Assembly: GCA_963803435.1 (NCBI GenBank)
Contig: CAWDML010000003.1
Location: forward strand, 416,001-480,000
Reading direction: 5' to 3'
Length of the DNA stretch: 64,000 bases
Source of the DNA: an uncultured delta proteobacterium
GTDB lineage: Bacteria; Myxococcota; Kuafuiibacteriia; Kuafuiibacteriales; Kuafuiibacteriaceae
Of the stretch, positions 44,292-54,710 are shown piece after piece. The translations under genes and the position numbers were made by a program. Position 1 is the stretch's first letter. The number at the start of each line of letters is the position of its first letter. The notes below the pieces were generated by a model. It ran no database searches. It was not told the origin of the DNA and was given only the letters and a program-made list of their open reading frames with translations.

Positions 44292-46223
44292 ATGCGCTGG
44301 CGGCGCACGCTCCTCGTCCCCGTCGTGATCGGGCTCGCCGGCTGCTTCGAGGAGCCGGACTACTCGGGACTGGCCTGCAGCATCGACGCCCCTTGTCCGG
44401 CCGGCTTTGTCTGCAGCGATCAAAAGGTTTGCGTCCGGCCGATCGTCTTGAACGACGCCGACGCCGGCGGCTCGCCCGAGGATGGATCGCTCGACGGTGA
44501 GTGCCGGGTGGCCAGCGATTGCACCAACCCCGGGGCCTGCCAGATGGTCGACGCTCGTGTCTCCTGCGTGGACGGTGAGTGTCACTATCCCGCGATCGTG
44601 TGCGACTCACCGCCCCCGAACGAGTGCTTCGACAACGACACGAAGTACCGCAGCTATTCGGGCGTGGGAAGGTGCGAGGCGTCGACGGGCGCCTGCACGT
44701 ACGCGGAGGTCGACGTCGATTGCCTCGACTGCAGCGCCTCGTGCCTCCTCAAGTGTGCCGGGCTCGTGTGCAACGAGAGCAACGGCGGCTGCCGGAGCGA
44801 GGGGCACTGCGTCCCCGAAGATCCGCCGAGCTGCGCCTACCAGGAGGCCCCCGACTCCACACCCTGCGATCTCGGCGGCGCCGGCGGGGGAGGAACGGAC
44901 GGCTTCTGCAAGTCGGGGGACTGCGTCGAGTGCGTCGAGGACGCGCACTGCGACGATCTCAACGACTGCACCGAGGACCACTGTTTGACCGAGACCTCGA
45001 CCTGCACCCACGCGCCGCTCTCCGGCACCTGCGACGATGGGAACGCCTGCACGACGATCGACACGTGCGTCGACGGCGGCTGCATCGGCGGCGAGCCGGT
45101 CGTCTGCGATCCGCCGCCCGGGCAGTGCTACGACTCACCGGGCGAGTGCGATCCCGCCGACGGCGCGTGCGTCTTCACGCCGAGCGCGCCCGGCTCGACC
45201 TGCGACGATGAGAACGTCTGCACCGTCAACGACGGCTGCCTCGACGGCGACTGCGTCGGTGGGAGCCCCCTCGACTGCGACGATCACGAGGCCTGCACCG
45301 ACGACGGCTGCGATCCGCTCAGCGGTTGCACACATACTGACAACGACGATCCCTGCAGCGACGGCAACCTCTGTACCGTCAACGACGTCTGCAGCGGCGG
45401 TGCGTGCGCTCCCGGCGCGCCGCTCGACTGCAACGACGGTAACCCGTGCACCGCTGACGCGTGCGATCCGGCCACGGGATGCACGCATACGCAGGTCCCC
45501 GACGGGACGACCTGCATGTTCGCGGGCGGGATGAGCGGCTCATGCTCCCAGGGGACGTGCGTCGGCTGCACCGACGCGGCTGACTGCGACGACGGCAACC
45601 CGTGCACGACGGAGGCCTGTACCAACCAGATGTGCACGTACGCCAACAACACGAACACCTGCAACGACGGCAACGCCTGCACGTATGGTGACGCCTGCTC
45701 GGCCGGCCGGTGCTCGGGCACCGCGATCACCTGTACCAGCAATGCGTGTGTCACCCGGACCTGCAACGGGACGGCTTCGTGCGCCCAGACGTTCCACAAC
45801 GGCGCCAGCTGCGCGGACGATGGCAACGCCTGCACCACCGACACCTGCAACGCCAGCGGCACCTGCACGCATCCGACCCGCGCCAACGGCGCATCCTGCG
45901 GCGGCAACCCGGCGAACCGCTGCTGCGGCGGGAGCTGTGTCAACCTCTCCACCAACCGGTCGCACTGCGGCGGCTGCGGCACCGCCTGCGATCCCGGCTT
46001 TGCCTGCGAGTCGATCGCGACCACCAACTCGTGCTCGAACCACAACGCCAACGTGAGCGGTCGTTGCCGCTGTAACGGCGCCAACGCGCAGTGCCCCCGC
46101 GGTCAGCTCTGCCGGACGGTCTCGCCGTACACGAACCGCTGCACGCCGGCGTCGGTCTCGAACTGTGCTTCGGGGCAGAACGACGTGATGCTGAACAGCT
46201 GCCCCGACTTCTGCCGCTACTGA
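44292..46223 (+). CDS. Cys-rich lipoprotein with Dictyostelium-type (CDDGNxCTxDxC) repeats
   Basis: Lipobox GLAGC; about 9 CxDxNxCTxDxC repeats; C-terminal CCGG.C.....HCGGCG..C. Confidence 0.85.
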   Translation: MRWRRTLLVPVVIGLAGCFEEPDYSGLACSIDAPCPAGFVCSDQKVCVRPIVLNDADAGGSPEDGSLDGECRVASDCTNPGACQMVDARVSCVDGECHYPAIVCDSPPPNECFDNDTKYRSYSGVGRCEASTGACTYAEVDVDCLDCSASCLLKCAGLVCNESNGGCRSEGHCVPEDPPSCAYQEAPDSTPCDLGGAGGGGTDGFCKSGDCVECVEDAHCDDLNDCTEDHCLTETSTCTHAPLSGTCDDGNACTTIDTCVDGGCIGGEPVVCDPPPGQCYDSPGECDPADGACVFTPSAPGSTCDDENVCTVNDGCLDGDCVGGSPLDCDDHEACTDDGCDPLSGCTHTDNDDPCSDGNLCTVNDVCSGGACAPGAPLDCNDGNPCTADACDPATGCTHTQVPDGTTCMFAGGMSGSCSQGTCVGCTDAADCDDGNPCTTEACTNQMCTYANNTNTCNDGNACTYGDACSAGRCSGTAITCTSNACVTRTCNGTASCAQTFHNGASCADDGNACTTDTCNASGTCTHPTRANGASCGGNPANRCCGGSCVNLSTNRSHCGGCGTACDPGFACESIATTNSCSNHNANVSGRCRCNGANAQCPRGQLCRTVSPYTNRCTPASVSNCASGQNDVMLNSCPDFCRY

Positions 46224-46951
46224 GGTGGATTCGGCTCGACGGTGAAGATCACCAGCGAGTGCGGATCGAGCGCCGTCCAGGATCCGCTGAACAAGGGCTC
46301 GGAAGCGACCACGCGACCGGTCGCGGGCACTGGAGACTCCTCGTTCGCCACGATCGTGTAGAGCGCCGGCGGGGTCCCCTGGGTGGCGGTGCGCAGCGTG
46401 ATGAGGCAGGTCCCGTCGGTGACCAGGCAGCCGAACGCGGCCGGCGCGTCGTGGCGGTGCGCGATCTCCTGGAGCGTCGACACCATTCGCTCGAGGGCGT
46501 TGGCCATCGCGTCGGGCCCGCGCTCACCCTCGAGCGCGTCGAGCCAGGTGGCAAAGAGCAGCTCCGAAGGCTCGCTGGTCTTGACCAGCGGGTGGACCGT
46601 GTCGGAGAGCCGCTCCCGGAGAATGCGGGCGTAGACCTCCTCGAACCGCTCGATCTCACCGTCGTGCGCGAAGAGGAGCTGCTCGAAGCGGTAGGGCTGA
46701 CCGGCCCCGATCGAGGCCACCACACACTCCGCCGGATACCGACGCGTCACCTCGAATACGGGGCGCTCGTTGATCAGCGGTTGGACGCCCCGCATGACCA
46801 GCGGGGCGTCCTGGTCGTCGTCGATCGGGTACCAGGCGACGCCGTGACCTGCAGGAAACGCCGCCGACTGGAGGGACAGAGAGGTCGATCCGGCCTCGAT
46901 CACCTGTGCGATCTTGGTCGCCGGACCGAGGTACGCGGCCAGTCTAGGCAT
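46217..46951 (-). CDS. Class II glutamine amidotransferase/EgtC-like Ntn-fold protein lacking the catalytic Cys1
   Basis: MPRLAAYLGP (cf. MCR..AYLG), GHGVAWY, QPY, FAHDGEI, VVASEPL. Confidence 0.75.
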   Translation of the reverse strand: MPRLAAYLGPATKIAQVIEAGSTSLSLQSAAFPAGHGVAWYPIDDDQDAPLVMRGVQPLINERPVFEVTRRYPAECVVASIGAGQPYRFEQLLFAHDGEIERFEEVYARILRERLSDTVHPLVKTSEPSELLFATWLDALEGERGPDAMANALERMVSTLQEIAHRHDAPAAFGCLVTDGTCLITLRTATQGTPPALYTIVANEESPVPATGRVVASEPLFSGSWTALDPHSLVIFTVEPNPPQ

Positions 46952-46996
46952 GGGTCGCTCATACCCAATACCCAAACTCGGGTCGAGCGCGTCGGC

Positions 46997-48382
46997 TCAG
47001 CGGAGCAGCAGATGGGTCGCGGTGCCCGACATGGGGAGGAGGGCGTAGAGGTCATCGCCGGAGATCTGGAGCGATCCTACGCCGGCGAGATCGACGCGAC
47101 GCTGGACCTGCGGCCGCCACCGGGCGCGATCCAGGACGGCCAGCCCGCCCCTATCACCACTGAACACCACGCGATCGCGAGTGGCGTCGTAGGCGGCGTC
47201 GACGATGTCACCGATGTCGGGGATGCCGGTGCGCCGGATCGTGCCGCCGAGCGGATCGATCTCGAACCAACAGTGCTTCGCGGTCGAGCGCTCCGAGCAC
47301 TCCGCGAGGAGACCGATCGTGTCGTCGTCGACGGTGAAGAGGGCGCGCACGGGCGTATTGACCGACGGGGCACCCGCGCCGGCCGCCAGCGTCGAGGTGA
47401 GCACGGCCAGGTGTCCACTGGCGGGCGCGGCCAGGAAGGCGCGGTCGCTGTCGCCGCCTGGGAGGTCGACGATCGAGAGGAGCCGCGGCATGGTCGCCTC
47501 TGCGTCGACCGTCGCCAGGCTGCCGGCGCGGCGGATCGAGACGGTCATCATGTCTCCGTCGACCGTCCCCGCGACCACCCCCCGCGTCGAGCACTCGAGC
47601 AGCTCGATCCGTGACCCGAGGTCCACGGTCTCCACGATCGTACGCGCGACCGTATCGATCCGCAGGAGCTTGGAGCCGTCGGAGACGTACGCGGTGGCTT
47701 CGTCCGGCGCCAGCGCCAGGTGCTGGGCGTCGGTGACGCTCCCGAGCATCGAGCTGGTGCCGCCCAGCGGGTGGACCACGATCGCGTTGCGCGTGATCGC
47801 CCAAAGCTCGCGCTTGGCGGCCAGCAGCGCGAAGTCGCCCAGCGGACCCGACGCGATCATCTCGGTGCCTGCGGTGGTCGCGAACGGATCCGGCGTCACC
47901 TCGCGCTCGATCTCTGCGCCCACGTGGATGGTGTCCGTGACGTTGTCGCAGGCCGTGAGATGGCAATCGAGACGCGCCCAGTCGAGGTCGATCAACCGGC
48001 CGTTGCAGCACTTGGGCGGCCGGCCCACCACCGTCCCGTTGCCCTCGTAGATCTGAAACTCCAGCTGGTCCTTCATCATCGCGCTGTCGATCGCGCCGAC
48101 CCACTGCCGCGGGTTCGGGCTAGGGTCGGTGCAATCGCGGTAGATCCCGAGCACGCACTCGTCCTGCTCGAGGAAGACGCGGCACGAGGTCCCGAGATCG
48201 AGGTCGGCGAGAATGAACCAGTCCTGCGCGAACGTGGTGTACGGCGGCAGGCAGCTGTTCGCGACCGGCAGCGGTGGGCCCACCACGTCGCGCGGGGGGA
48301 TCGTCGGCGGCGGCGGGCTCGAGCACGCGAGCAGCGCGAGGCCGGCGAGGCATTCGAGCCTGCGGAGCGTGCCCGACTCCAT
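46997..48382 (-). CDS. Lipoprotein with beta-propeller-like C-terminus
   Basis: ATG 48382, lipobox LALLAC; HLALAPDEATAYVSD and AAYDATRDRV propeller-like blades. Confidence 0.7.
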   Translation of the reverse strand: MESGTLRRLECLAGLALLACSSPPPPTIPPRDVVGPPLPVANSCLPPYTTFAQDWFILADLDLGTSCRVFLEQDECVLGIYRDCTDPSPNPRQWVGAIDSAMMKDQLEFQIYEGNGTVVGRPPKCCNGRLIDLDWARLDCHLTACDNVTDTIHVGAEIEREVTPDPFATTAGTEMIASGPLGDFALLAAKRELWAITRNAIVVHPLGGTSSMLGSVTDAQHLALAPDEATAYVSDGSKLLRIDTVARTIVETVDLGSRIELLECSTRGVVAGTVDGDMMTVSIRRAGSLATVDAEATMPRLLSIVDLPGGDSDRAFLAAPASGHLAVLTSTLAAGAGAPSVNTPVRALFTVDDDTIGLLAECSERSTAKHCWFEIDPLGGTIRRTGIPDIGDIVDAAYDATRDRVVFSGDRGGLAVLDRARWRPQVQRRVDLAGVGSLQISGDDLYALLPMSGTATHLLLR

Positions 48383-48396
48383 GCGAGGGGAGAGTA

Positions 48397-49237
48397 TCAG
48401 GGCTCTTCGGTGACGAGGGAGAGCTCGGGATCGGTCTTTCGGGCGTCGGGGGGCTTTCGGGCGGCGCGCTCGCGCTCGGCGGCGTCCTCGATCTCGTCGT
48501 CGCCACTGGGGAGCGCCTTGGGCTCGGATCCGCGGTCGGATCCGCGCTCGAGCATGCCCATGTCCCGCATCTTCCCTTTCAGCTCGGCCAGGTCGTCTCC
48601 GAGAATCACCCGCATCCAGGAGGCGGATCTCCTCGGAGAGATCCCGGTCATGGGAGCCGCTCGAGAGGGAGGCGACCTCCCAGGTGGCCTCGGCCTCGGC
48701 CTCGGCCCGCTCGATCTTGGCCTCGAGCTTCTCGAGTCGCTCGAAGGCGCTGCTCTCGCCGGCCGCCGCCAGCGTCGCCGCCACGTGGCGCTGGGCCTCC
48801 GCGCGCTTGGCGCGGGCCAGCAGGATCTGGCGCTTTCGCTTGGTCTCGTCGAGCTTCGAGGTCAGCTCGGTCAGCGCCTTCTTGAGCTCGTCGACCGCGG
48901 CGCGCTGGGAGTCCAGCTGCTCCTCGAACTGCATCGCGGCCTTGCTGTGCTCCTTCTTCTTCGCGAGCGCCTCGACCGCGAGATCGTCTCGCGCCGCCCG
49001 CACCGCGGACATCGCCTTCTTCTCCCAGTCGGTGGACTTGGCCAGCTGGGCCTCGTGATGTTTCTGGAGCCGCTTCTCATCGGCGATCGACATCGCGACC
49101 CGGCTCTTGGCCTCGATGATTTGCTTCTGCATCTCCTCGATGGCCGCGTTCAGCAACTTCTCCGGATCTTCGGCGCGCGAGATCAGGTCGTTGATGTTGG
49201 ACCGGAGCAAGTCACTGATGCGCTGAAAGAGACCCAT
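48397..49237 (-). CDS. pspA: PspA/IM30 family protein with C-terminal extension (+1 frameshift at 48602-48607)
   Basis: MGLFQRISDLLRSNINDLISRAEDPEKLL, A...RDDLA..AL, AFERLE.K; removing one base restores GDLGDDLAELKGKM, 279 aa. Confidence 0.9.
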
Positions 49238-49257
49238 GTCTGTTTTTCGCCCTCCCC

Positions 49258-49266
49258 ATTCTAGCA
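49258..49266 (-). promoter_or_regulatory. Possible extended -10 sigma70 promoter for pspA
   Basis: Minus strand TGCTAGAAT (TGnTAxAAT) about 20 bp upstream of the ATG; no correctly spaced -35. Confidence 0.4.
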
Positions 49267-49409
49267 TCCGAATGCCTCCCCAGGGCTCCACCGGTGACAA
49301 CACCGAGGCAAGACGCGCTGTTCCGACGGAAAAGTGGCCATTCATAGCCCAATCCGAGATGGTCCTCACATTGAGAAACCGCTGGTTTTCTTGTCATGTT
49401 GCACCCGTG

Positions 49410-50762
49410 ATGCGGGCCGGATTGGCCGCTGTCGTGCTCTGTCTCCTGCCGAGACCGGCCGGCGCCGAGGGTGCACAGAAGACCGCGAGCATCGTGGAGT
49501 ACCTCCGGACACGGGAGGATCTGACCCGCTCGGAGCGGGCGCGCTGGACCGGCGCGGCGAGAAAGCGCTTCGGCGGTGCTGCGCTCGACGACGACGTCGA
49601 CACCAAGCCCGAGATCCAGGTCGCCAAGGAGATCCTCTCCGCGGCGATCTTCATGCGCGCCAAACCCGACGATGGGGCGAGGGCGGCCTGGGAGGGATGG
49701 CGGGGCGCGCTCGGGTTCGTCCCGCCGCCGATCGCCGTCCACTACCAGATCCTCGCGCTCGAGGGTCGAAAGCCCCGGGGTCGTCCCATCGATCTCGCCT
49801 TCCACTTCCCAGACTACTACGTCGAGGAGATCGCGCCCGATCTGGTCGCGTACTGGGAGGAGGCGCTCGAGAAGGGCAAGATCCCCGACGCCGCGCTCCG
49901 TGAGACCCAGGAGGCGCTCGAGGCCACGCGCATCAAGATGCGCCCGCTGCTCCTCGACAAGCTGCGCCTCCTGGCCCGGCTCTCCCGCGACCAGCGCATC
50001 GAGACCGGCGGCCGCAAGGCCGAAATCGAGCGGGACATGGGCGCGATCGAGGCGGAGCTGCGGAAGGCGTTCACGCGAGTGGCGCGCCGCCCCGAGGTCC
50101 TCGATCCCAAGAAGCGCCCGTTCGATCGCCTCCGCATCCAGGTCGAGGACATGGGGCTGACCCTCACCGAGGAGGACCGTTTCCTCGATCCGGACGCCCC
50201 GCCGCCGCCCAAGCGCCCCGTGCCCAAGGTCGAGGAGCCGCCGCCGGTGGCCGAGCGCCCCGAGGTCGAGCCCGCCGAGCCGCCGATGCCGCCGCTCCCG
50301 GACCAGCGCCGGGCCGGCAATCCCACGCCCGCCGAGGATCCGCTCCACGGGCGGTCCTTGGTGGACCTGGTCAGCGCGTACGGCCGGCGCCTGCGCGCGC
50401 TGGTGGAAGGCTGGCTGGGGACGCCGTATCGATTTGGGAGCGATCGGCCCCGCGAAGGCACGGATTGCTCCGGATTCACGCAGCGAGTCTTCAGGGAGGG
50501 GTTCAGTCTCGACCTCCCGCGCGTCAGCGTCGACCAGTTTCGGGTGGGGGCCTCGGTCCGTCTCGACGACCTGCGTCCGGGCGATCTCGTCTTCTTCGAC
50601 GTGTACGACGTCGGCCGGGTCAGCCATGTGGGAATCTACGCAGGAGAGGGGAAGTTTGCGCACGCGAGCACGAGCCGTGGCGTAGTCTACGACGAGCTTC
50701 GTTCGCGATACTTCCGTCGCGCCTATCGAGGCGCGCGCCGAGTGCTCGCCTATCCGAGGTGA
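49410..50762 (+). CDS. Exported NlpC/P60 (C40) peptidoglycan peptidase with large helical N-terminal domain
   Basis: Signal peptide; GTPYRFG, DCSGF, LRPGDLVFF, HVGIY, FAHAS. Confidence 0.9.
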   Translation: MRAGLAAVVLCLLPRPAGAEGAQKTASIVEYLRTREDLTRSERARWTGAARKRFGGAALDDDVDTKPEIQVAKEILSAAIFMRAKPDDGARAAWEGWRGALGFVPPPIAVHYQILALEGRKPRGRPIDLAFHFPDYYVEEIAPDLVAYWEEALEKGKIPDAALRETQEALEATRIKMRPLLLDKLRLLARLSRDQRIETGGRKAEIERDMGAIEAELRKAFTRVARRPEVLDPKKRPFDRLRIQVEDMGLTLTEEDRFLDPDAPPPPKRPVPKVEEPPPVAERPEVEPAEPPMPPLPDQRRAGNPTPAEDPLHGRSLVDLVSAYGRRLRALVEGWLGTPYRFGSDRPREGTDCSGFTQRVFREGFSLDLPRVSVDQFRVGASVRLDDLRPGDLVFFDVYDVGRVSHVGIYAGEGKFAHASTSRGVVYDELRSRYFRRAYRGARRVLAYPR

Positions 50763-50765
50763 GGT

Positions 50766-53700
50766 TTGTCGAGCGAGAGGAACTTTGTACCGCTGCTCCG
50801 ATCGGGGCTGTTCATGCGCGTGGTCAAGACGGTGTTCGTCACCGTCGGGCTCGCGTTCATGATCGCGGTCATCTTCCTCTTCTGGGCGTTCAAGACCGGC
50901 CGCGCAGTGGAGATGGTGCGGCAGGAGATCTTGACCACGCTCCACGACAGCTGCGACGTCAACGCCACCTTCACCTCGCTGTCGGTGGACCCGATCCGGC
51001 GTGAGCTCGACCTTGCCGATCTGGAGATGACGCACCTCGACGGCCGGCCGATCGTCTCCGTGGACCAGGCGCTGGTGCAGCTCGAGCTGCTGCCGCTCCT
51101 CTACGGGCGCCTCCAGCTGGAGCGGGTGGCCGTGCTCGATCCCAAGGCCAGCCTCGAGATGATGGATGGCCGGATCCTCAACCTGCCCAAGTGTGTGAAG
51201 CCGCCCGAGGACACCGCGGCGCGGCAGCCGATCGCGCTCGGTGTCGACGAGCTCACGATCGAGCGCGGGCAGATCGACGTCTCGATCGATGACGTCTTCG
51301 ACGGACACTTCGCCGACATCGGCGTGACGCTGCGGCCGGGAAGGTCGGGAGGCACCGAGCTGGCCGTCGGCGTCGACGACGGGCGTGTCGAGGTGAAGGG
51401 CAAGACGTTCCCGCTCCATCGCTTCCGCCTGCTCGGCCACATCGCTGGCGCACTGACCGATCCGCGGGCGTTGATCTTCGATCAGATCGACGTCGACCTG
51501 GCGCGCGTGAAGACGCACGGGCAGGGACAGATCGATCTGCTGGGCCTCTACTTCGAGTCGGACGTCACCCTCGACGCACCGCTCGACGCCATCCACGACT
51601 TCGTCGAGGGCGCCCCGGTCCTCACCGGCGACGTCCACCTCGACATCCATCCCCGCTCGACGATCGCCAACCCGCGGGCGACCGGGGAGGTGGTCCTCAC
51701 CGGCGTCTCCGTCGACGGCATCGGGATCGGGGACCGCGTCGACGTCGACTTCAGCGCCAGCCGCAAAGGCGCCGATCTCAGCAAGATCGTGGCCTTCCTG
51801 GGCGAGGGCCGGGTCGACGGCAAGGGCAGCGTGAAGTTCGACGACAGCTTCCACGTGAAGGTGGAGGCCGACGCCGACCGGGTCTCCTTCGGGCTCCTCC
51901 TCGACACGCTCGGGGTCAAGAGCCCGTGGATCGACTTTGGGATCCGGAACGCCCACGTGGACCTGGCAGGTCCGATCCTGCCGCGCCTCGCGCTCGAGGG
52001 CGCCTTTGCCACCGACGTCGACGAGTTCTACGTGCGCAATCGCCCCTTCAACGCGCCCGGCCTCAAACCCGACGACGTGATCTTCCACCCCAACCCGATG
52101 CATGCCAACGGTCGCTGGGGCTTCTCGCCGGACGGGCTCCACTTCTCGGAGGCCCACGTGCTCTGCGGCGGCACCGAGGCCTACGCGGAGACGACCATCG
52201 ACTTCGGCTCCACCGGTGGCTTCCGGATCGCGGCCAACCTCCCGCATGTCGACTGGGTCGACATCGGTCCGATCGCCGGTCTCTCCTTCGCCGGGTTCGG
52301 ATCGATCTCGGGCGTCCTGGGCGGCAGCTACGACGACTTCGGCGCCAGCGGCACGTTCGAGATGGACGACGTCGCCATCGCGGGCATCCCGTTCGGACAC
52401 GGTGCGGGCAACATCAGCTGGCGCGACCTCACGCAGCTCGAGTTCTCGGGCATCGAGGGGCGCCTCGGCCAGACCAGCTACAGCGGCTCGGTCGGGGTCG
52501 AGGTCGCGGGAGAGGTGCCGCTGTCGATCACCGGCGAGATCCCCAAGGGGCGGATCCAGGACGTGCTCGTGCCGTTCGGTGTGGACGGGAAGGCGTGGGG
52601 CGATCCGTCGGGCCAGATCTTCGCCCGCATCGATCTGCAGGGGCCGGTCGATCGCCTGACCGGTCCCATCGAGCTGACGATGGAGAACATGTCGATCGTC
52701 GGCGAGCAGGCCCAGCGCGGGAGCGTCATGGGCCGCATGGATCGAGGCAAGGTCGTCGCCGACGCGATCGAGATCGACAAGTATGGGACGCGGATCAGCG
52801 GCAGCGGCATGCTGGACCCCTATCGCGGCGACGTGCGGGTCTTCGCACGCACCCGGACGGCCCGCCTCAAGGACATCGACCTGGTGAAGACCCAGCAGCC
52901 GCGGCTCGACGGCGCCCTCGATCTCGAGGTCGCCATCGGCGGCTCGCTGCGCGGTCTCACCGGCACGGTGTCCGTCGATCTGGCCGAAGCCGCCGCCGGA
53001 CCGCTCCAGCTCGGCGGCGGGCACCTCGAGGGACGGCTGGCCGGCGCGACGCTCTCTCTCACGGGCGCGCTGTTCGAGCGCACGCTCGGCGTCGACGGCA
53101 AGATCACCTTCGCGAAGAACCTGCCGTACGAGGCGACCCTCGATCTCGACGATCTTCCGGTGCCCGAGATCGTCGCCGGGCTCCAGAACCACCGCAACTG
53201 GGGCGGCGACGTGAAGGCCACTGCGAAGCTGAGCGGCTCGCTGATCGACTGGCCGAGCTCGGACGGGAAGATCGCGCTGACGCACGCCGAGCTGGAGACG
53301 CCGTCGCTGTCGATCGCCACGGCGGCACCGGCGCGATTCACCATGACGCGCGGCGTGCTCAGCACCAAGAGCATCGCGATCACCGGTCCCCGCACGCAGC
53401 TCTCGGCGAGCGGCCGGTTCGGCTCGGAGCTTCTCGACATGCGCGTGACTGGGCGCGTGGATCTGGCGGTCGTCGAGCTGGCGTCCAACTCGGTGGAGAA
53501 GGCCGGCGGTACGCTCACCCTCGACAGCGCGGTGCGCGGCTCGCCGCGGAACCTCAACCTGGTGGGCACCGGCCGGGTGGAGGGCGGCTTTCTCCAGTGG
53601 CGCGGCTTCTCCAGCCGGCTCACCGGCGTGTCAGCGGATCTCACCTTCAGCCAGTCGTCGGTGCTGATCGATCGGGCGCAGGGCCGCTGGGCGGGCGGCC

Positions 53701-54710
53701 GGCTGGGGATGACCGGCAACGTGCTGCTCGAGCGCTTCTATCCCAAGAACATGTCGCTCCAGATCGAGGTGGCCGGCGTCCGACCGCGCTTCACCTATCC
53801 GAAGGTCGATCTGACGGGCTCCGTGGACGGCAAGCTCACCGCCGACGGGACGTTCGAGCACCTGATCGTGCGCGGCGATCTGGGCGTGCGGAGCGGGCGC
53901 GTCCGACCGAAGATCAGCCTCTCCAGCCTGGTGCGCGGCGGCGAGTCGATCGAGGTCTACGATCCATCGGCGGAGACGGTGGAGCTCGACATCACGCTCA
54001 GGGCCGTCGATCCGGTGCGGATGAAGAACGATGAGGTCGACGTCGAGCTGGCGGGCTCGATCCGTCTGGTCGGCACGAACGAGCGGTTCGGCATGCTCGG
54101 CGTCGCCACCGCGATCAAGGGCGGTCGTGTGGCGCTGTTCGGCCCCGAGTACGAGGTCGAGGGCGGCACGATCGAGCTGGCCAATCGCTACCGCTTCGCG
54201 CCCAAGTACGACCTGATCGTCACCGCCGAGGCCTGCGACGCGCTGATCCGCGCCAACGTCGTGGGCACGCTCGAGCGCTTCTCGATCAACTACAGCTCGA
54301 ACCCCGAGATGGACCAGCAGGACATGGTGTCGTGCTTCATCCGCGGTATCCGAGTGCGAAACCTCGAGCAGGACTTCGGCGCCTTCGCCGGCTCGGCGCT
54401 GCTCAAGCTTTCCGGCGTCGATCGCGAGGTGAAGAAGGTGATCCCGATCGATCAGATCGACGTGACCACCGAGTATTCGTCCCAAGCGCGCGCCTATGAG
54501 CCGCGCGTACTCCTCGGTAAGAACCTCTCGGTGCTCGACCGGCAGATCCGGCTCGAGTACTCGAGCTCCTTGCTGAGGAAGGACGACCAGCGCGCCGCCG
54601 TCCGCGTCCGACTGACGCCGCGGCTCAACCTCCAGTTCGGCTGGGAGCAGTCCGAGGACGTTCCTCTCGGCGACTGGGGCCTGGACCTCAAGCAGCGATG
54701 GGAATGGTGA
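50766..54710 (+). CDS. tamB: TamB/AsmA-like translocation and assembly module protein
   Basis: N-terminal TM, about 1300 aa of beta-rich repeats, DUF490-like C-terminus (YSSNPEM.QQD...; LKQRWEW). Confidence 0.8.
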   Translation: MSSERNFVPLLRSGLFMRVVKTVFVTVGLAFMIAVIFLFWAFKTGRAVEMVRQEILTTLHDSCDVNATFTSLSVDPIRRELDLADLEMTHLDGRPIVSVDQALVQLELLPLLYGRLQLERVAVLDPKASLEMMDGRILNLPKCVKPPEDTAARQPIALGVDELTIERGQIDVSIDDVFDGHFADIGVTLRPGRSGGTELAVGVDDGRVEVKGKTFPLHRFRLLGHIAGALTDPRALIFDQIDVDLARVKTHGQGQIDLLGLYFESDVTLDAPLDAIHDFVEGAPVLTGDVHLDIHPRSTIANPRATGEVVLTGVSVDGIGIGDRVDVDFSASRKGADLSKIVAFLGEGRVDGKGSVKFDDSFHVKVEADADRVSFGLLLDTLGVKSPWIDFGIRNAHVDLAGPILPRLALEGAFATDVDEFYVRNRPFNAPGLKPDDVIFHPNPMHANGRWGFSPDGLHFSEAHVLCGGTEAYAETTIDFGSTGGFRIAANLPHVDWVDIGPIAGLSFAGFGSISGVLGGSYDDFGASGTFEMDDVAIAGIPFGHGAGNISWRDLTQLEFSGIEGRLGQTSYSGSVGVEVAGEVPLSITGEIPKGRIQDVLVPFGVDGKAWGDPSGQIFARIDLQGPVDRLTGPIELTMENMSIVGEQAQRGSVMGRMDRGKVVADAIEIDKYGTRISGSGMLDPYRGDVRVFARTRTARLKDIDLVKTQQPRLDGALDLEVAIGGSLRGLTGTVSVDLAEAAAGPLQLGGGHLEGRLAGATLSLTGALFERTLGVDGKITFAKNLPYEATLDLDDLPVPEIVAGLQNHRNWGGDVKATAKLSGSLIDWPSSDGKIALTHAELETPSLSIATAAPARFTMTRGVLSTKSIAITGPRTQLSASGRFGSELLDMRVTGRVDLAVVELASNSVEKAGGTLTLDSAVRGSPRNLNLVGTGRVEGGFLQWRGFSSRLTGVSADLTFSQSSVLIDRAQGRWAGGRLGMTGNVLLERFYPKNMSLQIEVAGVRPRFTYPKVDLTGSVDGKLTADGTFEHLIVRGDLGVRSGRVRPKISLSSLVRGGESIEVYDPSAETVELDITLRAVDPVRMKNDEVDVELAGSIRLVGTNERFGMLGVATAIKGGRVALFGPEYEVEGGTIELANRYRFAPKYDLIVTAEACDALIRANVVGTLERFSINYSSNPEMDQQDMVSCFIRGIRVRNLEQDFGAFAGSALLKLSGVDREVKKVIPIDQIDVTTEYSSQARAYEPRVLLGKNLSVLDRQIRLEYSSSLLRKDDQRAAVRVRLTPRLNLQFGWEQSEDVPLGDWGLDLKQRWEW

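Noticed and set aside
49262-49278. sigma54 promoter for pspA (AGGCATTCGGATGCT on the minus strand)
   Set aside because: GG-GC spacing is 9 nt, not the required 10
46997-49369. 790 aa PspA-lipoprotein fusion in the ORF track
   Set aside because: Created by the extra A at 48602-48607; repair gives a normal PspA ending at 48397 and a separate lipoprotein with its own ATG and lipobox at 48382
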